DNA from: Squalus acanthias
Lineage: Eukaryota
NCBI GenBank assembly: GCA_030390025.1
Contig: CM059433.1
Coordinates: 17,052,001 to 17,116,000 of the forward strand
DNA length: 64,000 nt
Reading direction: 5' to 3'
The notes below the pieces were generated by a model. The model saw only the letters and a list, made by a program, of their open reading frames with translations. It was not told the origin of the DNA and searched no databases. Of this stretch, positions 37,059-49,984 are shown one piece after another. Position 1 is the stretch's first letter. Every line of letters starts with the position of its first letter. The position numbers and the translations under genes are program-made.

Positions 37059-39426
37059 CAGTAAACTCTCGTTTAAACGGCACCTAATTATCTGGAATTC
37101 TCTAATAACCGGCAAAATTCAGGAGTAGGTTCAGGAACCCAAAGGTAAGTTTTACTGTATATTTATGGCTGTGTAACCGGGGTTCTCGTACCTTTTGCCG
37201 TGTAACCATTGCTCCTGCACCTCTGGTCGTGTAACCGGGTCCCCTGTACCTCTGGTCGTGTAACCGGGTCCCCTGCACCTGTGGCCGTGTAACCGGGTCC
37301 CCTGCACCTGTGGCCGTGTAACCGGGGCTCCTGCACCTGTGGCCGTGTAACCGGGGCTCCTGCACCTGTGGCCGTGTAACCGGGGCTCCTGCACCTGTGG
37401 CCGTGTAACAGGGGCTCCTGCACCTGTGGCCGTGTAACAGGGGCTCCTGCACCTGTGGCCGTGTAACAGGGGCTCCTGCACCTGTGGCCGTGTAACAGGG
37501 GCTCCTGCACCTGTGGCCGTGTAACAGGGGCTCCTGCACCTGTGGCCGTGTAACAGGGGCTCCTGCACCTGTGGCCGTGTAACAGGGGCTCCTGCACCTG
37601 TGGCCGTGTAACAGGGGCTCCTGCACCTGTGGCCGTGTAACAGGGGCTCCTGCACCTGTGGCCGTGTAACAGGGGCTCCTGCACCTGTGGCCGTGTAACA
37701 GGGGCTCCTGCACCTGTGGCCGTGTAACAGGGGCTCCTGCACCTGTGGCCGTGTAACAGGGGCTCCTGCACCTGTGGCCGTGTAACAGGGGCTCCTGCAC
37801 CTGTGGCCGTGTAACAGGGGCTCCTGCACCTGTGGCCGTGTAACAGGGGCTCCTGCACCTGTGGCCGTGTAACAGGGGCTCCTGCACCTGTGGCCGTGTA
37901 ACAGGGGCTCCTGCACCTGTGGCCGTGTAACAGGGGCTCCTGCACCTGTGGCCGTGTAACAGGGGCTCCTGCACCTGTGGCCGTGTAACAGGGGCTCCTG
38001 CACCTGTGGCCGTGTAACAGGGGCTCCTGCACCTGTGGCCGTGTAACAGGGGCTCCTGCACCTGTGGCCGTGTAACAGGGGCTCCTGCACCTGTGGCCGT
38101 GTAACAGGGGCTCCTGCACCTGTGGCCGTGTAACAGGGGCTCCTGCACCTGTGGCCGTGTAACAGGGGCTCCTGCACCTGTGGCCGTGTAACAGGGGCTC
38201 CTGCACCTGTGGCCGTGTAACAGGGGCTCCTGCACCTGTGGCCGTGTAACAGGGGCTCCTGCACCTGTGGCCGTGTAACAGGGGCTCCTGCACCTGTGGC
38301 CGTGTAACAGGGGCTCCTGCACCTGTGGCCGTGTAACAGGGGCTCCTGCACCTGTGGCCGTGTAACAGGGGCTCCTGCACCTGTGGCCGTGTAACAGGGG
38401 CTCCTGCACCTGTGGCCGTGTAACAGGGGCTCCTGCACCTGTGGCCGTGTAACAGGGGCTCCTGCACCTGTGGCCGTGTAACAGGGGCTCCTGCACCTGT
38501 GGCCGTGTAACAGGGGCTCCTGCACCTGTGGCCGTGTAACAGGGGCTCCTGCACCTGTGGCCGTGTAACAGGGGCTCCTGCACCTGTGGCCGTGTAACAG
38601 GGGCTCCTGCACCTGTGGCCGTGTAACAGGGGCTCCTGCACCTGTGGCCGTGTAACAGGGGCTCCTGCACCTGTGGCCGTGTAACAGGGGCTCCTGCACC
38701 TGTGGCCGTGTAACAGGGGCTCCTGCACCTGTGGCCGTGTAACAGGGGCTCCTGCACCTGTGGCCGTGTAACAGGGGCTCCTGCACCTGTGGCCGTGTAA
38801 CAGGGGCTCCTGCACCTGTGGCCGTGTAACAGGGGCTCCTGCACCTGTGGCCGTGTAACAGGGGCTCCTGCACCTGTGGCCGTGTAACAGGGGCTCCTGC
38901 ACCTGTGGCCGTGTAACAGGGGCTCCTGCACCTGTGGCCGTGTAACAGGGGCTCCTGCACCTGTGGCCGTGTAACAGGGGCTCCTGCACCTGTGGCCGTG
39001 TAACAGGGGCTCCTGCACCTGTGGCCGTGTAACAGGGGCTCCTGCACCTGTGGCCGTGTAACAGGGGCTCCTGCACCTGTGGCCGTGTAACAGGGGCTCC
39101 TGCACCTGTGGCCGTGTAACAGGGGCTCCTGCACCTGTGGCCGTGTAACAGGGGCTCCTGCACCTGTGGCCGTGTAACAGGGGCTCCTGCACCTGTGGCC
39201 GTGTAACAGGGGCTCCTGCACCTGTGGCCGTGTAACAGGGGCTCCTGCACCTGTGGCCGTGTAACAGGGGCTCCTGCACCTGTGGCCGTGTAACCGGGGT
39301 TCCTGCACCTGTGGCTGTTTAACGGGGCTCTCGTACCTTGGTAGGTATACCTCTCCGTTATCCGGAATTTTTAATCAACCGGCACCATCCCGGTCCCGTA
39401 GGTGCCGGATACGAAAGGGTTTACTG
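37059..39426 (+). mobile_element. TA-TSD MITE, copy C, carrying a minisatellite
   Basis: TA|CAGTAAACTCTCGTTTAAACGGCACC ... GGTGCCGGATACGAAAGGGTTTACTG|TA. Subterminal blocks are shared with copies A, B and D. Confidence 0.8.
37171..39338 (+). repeat. 29-bp minisatellite, ~75 units (GTGTAACAGGGGCTCCTGCACCTGTGGCC)
   Basis: Direct tandem repeat with a homogeneous core and variant edge units. Confidence 0.97.
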
Positions 39427-40134
39427 TATTGAGCTAATTTGTCTACAAATGTCATCCTCAAATTTCTTTTCACTTTTGAGTGGTCTATTACATACTTAAA
39501 GTAATGTGACTGACACCTTACTATTCCTCAGGTCAATCCAAAGGGATTCAACTTGGACTGTTTATTTAAATCCCTACGCATTAGTTCCATGATATTTTTC
39601 TACTTAACACCACCACATATCCCTTTGGAAAATTTTATACCTTGGAATATTTTATTGCCAATCCTGACCAGTTACAACCACATACCAGTTACTGTTAGGT
39701 CATAATTTTCTATTTCAATAAATGACTCTCGTTCCCCAATGTTGTTTCTTATACACTTTTTCAATTTAATTTGAACTTCCTATGGCAATCTTTTTTTGTG
39801 CTTCCACATCCCAATTTCTTCTTTTTACATTCTTGTCCTGTTTAGTGTCTTTCAACTGTTTGACCTCCTCATTATCTATGCACCTAAAGTTTACTTTCCC
39901 TTCAAGGCTGCCTACTCTGCTTTCTTGTGTTTCTCGTTCCTCCCCCCCCCCACATTAATTTAAACCTTCCTTTAGTTAACTTCTCTGCAAGGATTCTGGT
40001 CTCAGCTCTTCAGGTATATTGGTCACAATGGCACAGGAACTGAGCCCTTCCCTCCTATACTTTGCATCTAGCTGCACATTTACCGTACTAATCTGGCTAG
40101 TCCTGTACTGGCCAGCATGTGGCATTGGTACTAG

Positions 40135-41770
40135 TCAGAGTCATAACGTCACAGAAGGAGGCCATTCGGCCCATCGAGTCCGTGCCGGCTCTCTGCAGAG
40201 CAATTGAGTCAGTCCCATTCCCCCGCTCTATCCCCGTAGCCCTGCAAGTTTATTTCCCTCAAGTGACTATCCAGTCTCCCCTTAAAAGATTGAGTGTGTC
40301 CGCTTCCACCACTTCCGTTGGCAGCGAGTTCCAGGTCCTCACCACTCGCTGCGTAAATTTTTCCCCCCCCCCCCCCCCCCCTCACATCCCCCCCCTACAT
40401 CTCTTGCCCAAAACCTTAAATCTGTGTCCCCTAGTCCTTGTACCATCAACTCGTGGGAACAGCCTTTCCCCGTCTATCCAAACCAGTCATAATCTTGTAC
40501 ACCTCTATCAAATCACCCCTCAACCTCCTTTGCTCTAATGAAAACAAATCCAGCTTCTCCAACCTGTCCTTGTAGCTAAGATCCCCCATCCCCAGAACCA
40601 TTCTGGTAAATCTCCTCTGCACCCTCTCAAGGGCCTTCACATCCTTCCTAAAGTGTGGTGACCAGAACTGGACGCAATACTCCAGTTGTGGCCTAACCAG
40701 CACTTTATAAAGGTTCAGCATAATTTCTCTACTTTTGTACTCAATACATCTATTTATGAAACCCAAGTTCCCATATGCTTTGCTAGCCACTTTCTCAAGA
40801 TGTCCTGCCACCTTCAGGGACCTATGCACTAACTCCCAGGTCCCTCTGTCCCTGCACACTCTTTAAAACTATGCCATTAAGTGTATATTGCCTCTCCCTG
40901 TTCCTTCTGCCAAAATGCATCACCTCACACTTCTCTGTATTAAATTCCATCTGCTACTTGTCTGCCCATTCTGCTAGCCTTTCTATGTCCTGTTGCAGTC
41001 AATTGGTATCCTCCTCACTGTTTGCCACACCCCCAAGTTTGGTGTCATCGGCAAATTTAGAAATTCTACTCTATTCCAATATCCAGGTCATTTATATATA
41101 TCAAAAAAAGCAGTGGCCCCAGCACTGACCCTTGGGGAACACCACTGTCTACCATCCTCCAGTCTGAAAAACAGCCATTTACCACAACTCGCTGTTTTCT
41201 GTCTTTAAGCCAATTCCTTATCCAAGCTGCCACTGACCCACCTATTCCATGAGCCTCAATTTTGTTAACCAGCCTTCTAGGTGGTACTTTGTCAAATGCC
41301 TTCCTAAAATCCATGTAGACAACATCCATTGCATTCCCTTCATTGATCCTCCCTGTTACTTCATCAAAAAATTCAATTAGATTAGTCAAACATGATCTGC
41401 CTTTTACAAATCCGTGTTGGCTCTCCTTAATTAGCTTAAACCTCTCCAAATGCCCGTTAATTTGTTCCTTGATTATGGTTTCTAAAACTTTACCCACCAC
41501 TGATGTTAAACTGACCGGCCTGTAGTTACTAGGATTGTCCTTACACCCTTTCTTGAACAATGGTGTCACATTTGCCACTTTCCAATCCTCAGGCACCTCC
41601 CCCACATCTAGGGAAGATTGGAAAATTATGGCAAGCCTATCTCCTCCCCCAATTCCCTTAGCAATCTGGGATGCAAGCCATCTGGACAAGGCGACTTGTC
41701 TACTCTAAGCATACCCAGCCTCTCTAGTACATCCTGTCTATCAATTTTCACCCCTTCCATTGCTAATCCT
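40135..41770 (-). mobile_element. CR1 LINE (RT to tail)
   Basis: [45 protein letters not shown]; same tail subfamily as 1222-1588. Confidence 0.92.
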
Positions 41771-42149
41771 AACATTACTACATTTGACATCTGTCTACTT
41801 AATCCATCACCTAATTTCTGGCAGTATTTTTTCAGGATCTGGATCCTAGTCTTTCCTACACTGTTAGTTCTGATATGAACTATGACTTCTGGCTGATCTC
41901 CCACCCTCGCCAAAAGCTTCTGCACCCACTCAGTTCTGTCTACACAGACACTTAGAAGGCAACAGACCATTCTGTGCTCACATTTATGGTCACAGAAGAA
42001 GTGACCGCCCAGTCCTCTCACTATTGAAACTTCTACTATCAGTGTCCCTGGATTTCTCCCCCTTGAGCAACCAGTTTCTATACAGTACCATGGTCTTGCT
42101 TGTGGCTACCTACAAATTGTTGTCCTTGGAATAAGTATATAGTACTTAG

Positions 42150-43555
42150 AAGTTTATGGCACAGAAGGAGGCCATTTGGCCCATCGTGTCCGCACCAGCT
42201 GAAAAAGAATCATCCAGCCTAATCTCACATTCCTGCTCTTGGTCTGCAGCCTTGTAGGTTACGACACTTCAAGTGCATATCCAAGTACTTTTTAAATGTG
42301 TTGAGGGTTTCTCCCTGACCACCCTTTCAGCCATCGAGTTCCAGACTGCTTTTAAATCTATGCTTCCTGGTCATTGACCTCTTTGCTAAGGGAAATAGGT
42401 CTTTCCTATTCACTATCGAGGCCCCTCATAATTTTATACACCTCAATTAACTCTTCCCCTCAGCCTCCTCTTCTCCAAAGAAAACTACCCCAGCCTATCC
42501 GATCTTTCCTAATAGCTAAAATTCTTCAGTCCTGGCAACATCTTCGTAAATCTCCTCTCTACCCTCACTAATGCAATCACAACTTTCCTGTAATGTGGTG
42601 ACCAGACTGTACGCAGTACTCTAGCTGTGCCTAACTTGTGTTTTATGCAGTTCTAGCATAACCTCCCTGCTGTTGTATTCTACGCCTCGGCTAATAAAGG
42701 AAAGTATCCCGTATGCCTTCTTAACCACCTTATCTTCCTGTCCTGCTATCTTCAGGGATCTGTGGACATGCACTCCAAGGACCCACTGTTCCTCTACACT
42801 TCTCAGTATTCTATCATTTATTGTGTATTCCCTTGCCTTTTGGGCCCTCCCCAAATGCATTACCTCACACTGTTTCCAGATTGAATTCCATTTGCCATTT
42901 TTCTGCCCACCTGACCAGTCGATTGATATCTTCCTGCAGTCTACAGCTTTCTTCCTCACTGTCAACCACACAGCCAATTTTTGTATCATCTGCAAACTTC
43001 TTAATTATGCCCTCTACATTGAAGTCTAAATCACTGATGTATACCACAAAAAGCAAGAGACCTAGTACTGAGCCCTGTGGAACCCCACTGGAAACAGCCT
43101 TCTAGTCACAAAAACACCCAATCATTATCCTTTGCTTTCTGCCACTGAGCCAATTTTGGATTCAACTTGCCACTTTCCCTTGGATCCCATGGGCTTTTAG
43201 TTTTCTGACTAGTCTGCCACGTGGGACCTTGTCAAAAGCCTTGCTAAAACCACGTAGACAACATCGAACACGCTACCCTCATCACCTCCTCAAAAAATTC
43301 AATCAAGTTAGTCGGACATGACCTACCCTTAATAAATCCATGCCGACTGTCCTTGATTATTCTGTGCCTTTCTAAATGACAATTAATACTATCTCAGAAT
43401 TTTTTCCAATAATTTGCCTAGCACCGAGGTTAGGCTGACTGGCCTGTAATTATTCAGTCTATCCCTTTCTCCCTTTTTAAACAGCGGCACAACGTTAGCA
43501 GTCCTCCAGCACCACACCTGTAGCCAGAGAGGATTGGAAAATGATGGTCAGAGCC
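42150..43555 (-). mobile_element. CR1 LINE (RT to tail), degenerate
   Basis: KKFADDTKIG..WAEKWQMEFN and VKKAYGILSFISRG motifs. Confidence 0.88.
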
Positions 43556-44166
43556 ACTTGCACTTCCTTCGTATTCCTCTTCTGACCTCAACAGATGGCG
43601 ACGTGCTTTCAATTTTTATTCTCTATTACTGTCAGTCTGGTACTGACTATTTCTTGGAACGTTTGTTCTAGAAACCATTTCCACTTCCCAAATGTAACTT
43701 TAAGCTTGAGTGAATGAAGCTTGAGACACTTCCTGCAAGTGTGATTAATGTAGCTGCTCAAACCATCCAAAAAATCCTAAATCTAGCAAGATTTGCACAA
43801 CACAGATCACTATTGTGCTGCCATTGTAACACTTCTGACCGAGTCTACCTGTATACATTTCTTGAGTGCTTGTCTTGATAACACTGAAGTTTTGTGTACA
43901 GCTATTCCTCTATTTTTTTCATCCTGCTGTTTTAACTTTAATCAATATTTCCATCAAGATAGATGTACTATACTTGGTGGAATCTATACAATTAGATTGC
44001 AAGACTGCTGGGGCCACGACAGTTTGCATACAAGAGTTTGTGGTTTCTCAGCAGTGCTGTCAATCAACCTCAGTAGTAGAATGGCAAAATACATTCATAG
44101 TACTGTATACAAAAGGATCTACTATAGTTCATTTGTTGCAATGTCGATATATTTTACATCATTTAC

Positions 44167-44307
44167 CTATTGGGTCACCATTGAATTTGTTTCTTTCCTC
44201 TTCCCTCTGTTCTTGTTTTGCCCTTGATTTTTTTGTATGTGCTTCATGTATCTTTTCTTCAAGAGGCGGTGAAGAATATAATTTCTTTAACACCTTTTGT
44301 TTAAATG
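44167..44307 (-). CDS. ERICH1: ERICH1 exon 2
   Basis: Acceptor ctttcttttccctacag, donor G|GTAAAT, 141 nt, phase 1-1. Reads (A)FKQKVLKKLYSSPPLEEKIHEAHTKKSRAKQEQREEERNKFNGDPI. Confidence 0.85.
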
Positions 44308-44444
44308 CTGTAGGGAAAAGAAAGTTACAATGATTAAGCACACAGCGTGATGTGCACATTTATTCAGGTCAGAAGCTAATCTTTTAACAGTTTGGGAGCC
44401 CCCCGATCAGCCACTAGGCCAATCCAAATACTAACTACTACACA

Positions 44445-46425
44445 TAGCAAAAAATATAAAAACAGATAGCAAGAGTTTCTATAGTTATATAAAAAGAAAA
44501 AGTGTGGCTAAGGCAAACGTAGATCCCTTAGAGGATGAGACCGGGAAATTAATGGTGGGAAACATGGAGATGGCAAAAATGCTGAACAAATATTTTGTTT
44601 CAGTCTTTACGGTAGAGGACACTAAGAATATCCCAACACTGGACAAACAGGGGGCTCTAGGGGGCGGGGGGAGGAGCTAAATACGATTAAAATCACTAAG
44701 GAATTGGTACTCAGTAAAATAATGGGACTCAAGGCGGATAAATCCCCTGGACCTGATGGCTTACATCCTAGGGTCTTGAGGGAAGTGGCAGTAGGGATTG
44801 TGGATGCTTTGGTAATAATTTTCCAAAATTCCCTGGACTCAGCAAAGGTCCCGGAAGATTGGAAAACTGCTAATGTAACACCCTTATTTAAAAAGGGTAG
44901 TAGGCAGAAGGCTGGAAATTATAGACCAGTTAGCCTAACATCTGTGGTGGGTAAAATTTTGGAGTCTATTATTAAGGAGACAGTAACGGAACATTTAGAT
45001 AAACATAATTTAATAGGACAAAGTCAGCATGGCTTTATGAAGGGGAAGTCATGTCTGACAAATTTGCTTGAGTTCTTTGAGGACATAACGTACAGGGTGG
45101 ATAAAGGGGAACCAGTGGACGTAGTGTATTTAGACTTCCAGAAGGCATTCGACAAGGTGCCACATTAAAGATTATTGCTCAAGATAAAAAAAATCACTGG
45201 ATTGGGGGTAATATTCTGGCATGGGTGGAGGATTGGTTATCTAACAGGAAGCAGAGAGTTGGGCTAAATGGCTCATTCTCGGACTGGCAACCAGTAGCCA
45301 GTGGTGTTCCGCAGGGGTCGGTGCTGGGTCCCCAACTCTTTACAATCTATATTAACGATTTGGAGGAGGGGACCGAGTGTAACATATCAAAGTTTGCAGA
45401 TGATACAAAGATGAGAGGGAAAGTAGAAAGTGAGGAGGACATAAAAAACCTACAAGGGGATATAGACAGGCTGGGTGAGTGGGCGGAGATTTGGCAGATG
45501 CAATACAATATTGGAAAATGTGAGGTTATGCACTTTGGCAGGAAAAATCAGAGAGCAAGTTATTATCTTAATGGCGAGAAACTGGAAAGTACTGCAGTAC
45601 AAAGGGATCTGGGGGTCCTAGTGCAAGAAAATCAAAAAGTTAGTATGCAGGTGTAGCAGGTGATCAAGAAGGCCAACGGAATGTTGGCTTTTATTGCTAG
45701 GGGGGATAGGTTATAAAAACAGGGAGGTATTGCTGCAGTCATATAAGGTATGGGTGAGACCGCACCTGGAATACTGCGTACAGTTTTGGTGTCCATACTT
45801 AAGAAAAGACATACTTGCTCTCGAGGCAGTACAAAGAAGGTTCACTCGGTTAATCCCGGGGATGAGGGGGTGGACATATGAGGAGAGGTTGAGTAGATTG
45901 GGACTCTACTCATTGGAGTTCAGAAGAATGAGAGGCGATCTTATTGAAACATATAAGATTGTGAAGGGGCTTGATCGGGTGGATGCGGTAAGGATGTTCC
46001 TAAGGATGGGTGAAACTAGAACTAGGGGGCATAATCTTAGAATGAGGGGCTGCTCTTTCAAAACTGAGATGAGGAGAAACTTCTTCACTCAGAGGGTAGT
46101 AGGTCTGTGGAATTGCTGCCCCAGGAAGCTGTGGAAGCTACATCATTAAATAAATTTAAAACAGAAAGAGATAGTTTCCTAGAGGTAAAGGGAATTAGGG
46201 GTTACGGTGAGCGGGCAGGAAATTGGACATGAGGCAGAGTTCGGATCGGTCAGGGCCCTGTGGGTGGCGGAGCGGGCCCAGGGGCTGAGTGGCCGGGTCC
46301 TGCTCCTACTTCTTGTGTTCTTTAGATTTGAGGTTAGGATCAGATCAGCCATGATCTTATTGAATGGCAGAGCAGGCTCGAGGGGCCGATTGGCCTACTC
46401 CTGCTCCTATTTCTTATGTTCTTAT
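44445..46425 (+). mobile_element. CR1 LINE (RT to tail) with doubled 3' tail
   Basis: ORF2 pieces at 44704-45168, 45225-45656 and 45694-46149; two tandem tail motifs. Confidence 0.92.
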
Positions 46426-48359
46426 AACAAACCTAGACACATAGAGCCTTTTCTACATAGCAAAGCATCCAAAGGCGTTTAACAGTTGGGTGTCAGACCC
46501 AAGCAAAAATAGTTTAGGGTTGATAGCCAAGTGGTATTGTTCTAAAAAGGCTTTTCAAGATGTAACTCCAGTGCAGTGTCAAGCCAAATTTAACAAGCTA
46601 TCAAAGGGTCTATTGGACCTCCTAAGCACATTATAAACTTATGCATAGTTTATCTAAATGTTTTGAGTATACAGGCACTCCTAAGTTTAAATATATATAA
46701 AATTTACCAGTCTAAAGCTTGCCATTAGTCAGGAAAGTTGGATTTGCAATCTCAGATCACAAGCTAAGGTACAGCCATAGCCTTCATTGAGTTTTAAATT
46801 GCAAATAAGCAGCATTTGAGGGTTTGAAGTCATTAGAATACAGGTGTACTTTGATCACATTTTCCACATTGCAGCAAGTCAAAAAAATGAGCAATGCATC
46901 ACTACATCTAATGTACATCGAGCATAGTTACATCCCTTATTCCTTCAGTTGTATGGATATAGTGTTGAAAGCAGTAAGATCCCTGGAGTGCACACTTGAA
47001 TATGTTGCACCTTTGCTTCTATTATCCTGGAGAGGTTCAATGGCAGCACTGATAAAGAACTCTGAAACCATTCTCCTTCGACAGCAATCCACAGGTCTCA
47101 CAAAACTAAGCCAGCAGAAAGTTGGCTTTTGGAGAAATTGACCAACAGTTCCAATTTGCTCATTATGGTTAATGCAATATTGATTCATTTCTTCTATAAA
47201 AAGAACTGAATAATTATCAAGTTAGAAGAGACTGAATGTTATAGGAATAGGAGAGAACATTAAATGCTGTATGACACTCAATGGCTGCTGTAGTGAAATA
47301 AAATGTAATCTATAGGAAACAATAAATCAATATTAAATAATGGAGATATGGTGATGACTATTATGGCAGATTTACTTGACCTATTTGGAGTTCAAGAAGT
47401 AGATACTGTATATTCTGTCAGATAATTAAATGGGGCAAGGATGGTTAATGAAGGAATAGACTGTATGTGGTCTGTAGAAGTAGCAGGCTTAATGGATTAA
47501 ACAACTCCTACTCTTTTTAGGTGAGAAAAAAAAACTGTCCTTCAGTTGACAGTAATCATAACAAGAGTATAGAAATGGTAAATGAACAAGATTAAGTTGA
47601 AGGAGCAAAAGCACAAGGGAGGAAATGAGAAAATTAAGATTTCAAGGAAAGAGAAAGTGTGAAGGACAAGCGGCATGGAAGTAGACTGATAAACAGTGGT
47701 GCACACTGAGTATATCCACACTTTACTTCAGAAGCAAAAGTATGCTCACTTTTTGTCAGCATGTAGTCAAGTCTATACAGTACTTGGTTACTGAGTATAC
47801 TCACTTGTTATTTTTGGAGGCTAATCTATTACTGAAGATTAAACATAGCTTAGCCTTATCAACTTATCTTCCACATACATATTGTACACTAGGTTTAATT
47901 TTTATTCATACCTTATCCCTATTACATTATATGCTCTATTCTCATTTATATATATATTCCATAGAACCATAGATATTAACAGCACAGGCCATTCTCTTCA
48001 TTGCATCTATGCCAGCTCTTTGCTACAGTAATCCCAAACTCTCTTCATTGCCCTGCTTGTTTTTCTCTATTAAATATTTATTCACTCTCTTAAAGATAGC
48101 AAATTATACACTGTGAACCTTAATGGATCTTGCAGGGAAAGAGATGGCCCAAAGAAGTACATTATATCCTGACTCCAAAAGCACAGGACAGCAAATGATA
48201 AGAGGTCAGGGTGTTGTAAGCAGCCATCATCTGATGAAAATTGTCAGGCTTTGTGGTGGATAAATTAGATCAATGATTATTTTGGTACCAAAGCCCAGAA
48301 ATTACTGCCAGCAATATTAGCAGACCAAAGGTTGATGCATTCATTGATATCAAGGATGA

Positions 48360-48725
48360 AAAGCTTCAGTTAGAAGAGACTTGAGAAACCGTGGCTTTTT
48401 TTTCCATTAGATAAGGCAAGATCTGATAGAGGAGCTCAAAATTATGAGGTAAATTGGGGGAAAAATATTTCACTAGTTGGTAACTAGAGGGCATAAATTG
48501 TAAATGAGAAAAAAATGATTTTTTAGAAACAGTAGAGGAAAGAAAATTCATAATAGCTTTAAAAAGGAAGTGGATATGTACTTAAAAAGGAAAACAAAAT
48601 AAAAGGACATGATCAAAGGGCAATGGCAAGGGAATGAGACTATGTGGAAAGCTCTTTCAGAGAGCAGGCACAGGTAAAATGGGTTAAATGACTACCATCT
48701 GTGCTACAAAATTTTAACATTTCTA
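48360..48725 (+). mobile_element. Old CR1 3' fragment
   Basis: Degenerate ACTAGAGGGCATAAA and tail similarity. Confidence 0.55.
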
Positions 48726-49257
48726 TAGATACCATTCCTTTGATACTCTAATGGAGGTCTTAACCGGCTTAAAATAGTTCAATATCTGCATTATAATAGT
48801 GACCAAAAGAATATCATACAAATTGATTTAGCATTTGTGTACTCATAGTCAATAGTACAGTCCAGACTTAGAAAATTATAGTGGCTTTAAAAATGTACAT
48901 TATGTTGTTAATAATGGATGTTACAACATACATAATTCAACTTTAAACTTCTCTCTCTAGCTTGATAGAGAGATATAGATATAGATATATATATAAAAAA
49001 ATATTTTAAAAAATGGAAAAAGCATACTAACTAAAAAGTGTTAAAAAAATCAAAATTTTCTGGGGGAAAGCAAGCCCCTAACTTTCACCCAAGAAAATAA
49101 ATGCATATAGCTAATGTACAGTACACCCACTTCTAGAATTGCCACTACACAACTGTTTACAAAGACCCCAAAGGATTGAGGAGAAATATATCACAACTTA
49201 AACATTGACAAATTCACTGAGGTTGGCCCTGTGCCTACACGACAAAATGAATTAACT

Positions 49258-49910
49258 ATAAACAGAAAATGCTGCAACTACTCAGCAGGTCTGGCAGCAT
49301 CTGTGGAGAAACAGATTTAACGTTCCAGGTCAATGACCTGAATGAACAAATTGGCTGTGGAGCCCTTGTGAGACTCCCGAGGACACGAAAGGTGCTAGAG
49401 AAATGAAAGTTCTTTCTTCCCATAAGGACATGAGAAAATGCTGGAAATACTCAGCAGGTCAGGCAGCATCTGAGGCAAGAGAAAACATAGACCGGAGATG
49501 TTAACTCTGTTTCTCTCTCCACAGATGCTGCCTGACCTGCTGAGTATTTCCAGCATTTTCTGTTTGCATTTCAGATTTCCAGCATCCGCAGTACTTTGTG
49601 TATGTATGTATGTATGTATATCATAATACATGTATACACATACACTCAGGCCAATAGTGCAGCCACTCTGAGCACCTGGACAGCCCTTTACCCCCAGTTA
49701 CTGTCCTTTCTTCATTTCCTGCCCACCCAGCTGTTCATGTTCAAGCTTTGGGCAAAGTGGTAATGGCTTCAAACTTCTGACGAAAGGCCACTGACTTGAA
49801 ACGTTAACTCTGTTTCTCTCTCCACAGATGCTGCCCGACAGGCTTAATATTCCCAGCAGTTTCTGGTTGTATTCCAGAGTTCCAGCATCCCGCAGTGTTT
49901 TGCTTTTCGT
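49258..49910. mobile_element. Cluster of Penelope-like terminal-repeat fragments, including a hairpin at ~49432-49562
   Basis: AGAAAATGCTGGAAATACTCAGCAGGTCAGGCAGCATCTG and its reverse complement; further partial copies at 49260-49340 and 49775-49905. Confidence 0.6.
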
Positions 49911-49984
49911 GTGAATGACTTCAAACGGGCTCTAGAGTCAGAGGCAGAAGCTGCAGGAGCGCAGGGCTGAGCATGGAGGGAAGA

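Larger units (their letters stand above)
34810..42140 (-). mobile_element. Ancient CR1 LINE (ORF1 esterase to RT) fragmented by younger insertions
   Basis: Degenerate pieces: PVSLSSVVSKLLE (34902-35090), KEAILDLVLCNE (36723-36977), and ORF1-like QPEVIVHIRTNSVGK (~41850-41900). Confidence 0.6.

Noticed and set aside
37102..39308. Three ~700-aa ORFs
   Set aside because: Artefacts of a stop-free tandem repeat, open in all three minus-strand frames; they start at GTG and have no domain content.
37171..39338. CRISPR array
   Set aside because: The 29-bp units are head-to-tail with no unique spacers, there are no cas genes, and the context is vertebrate.
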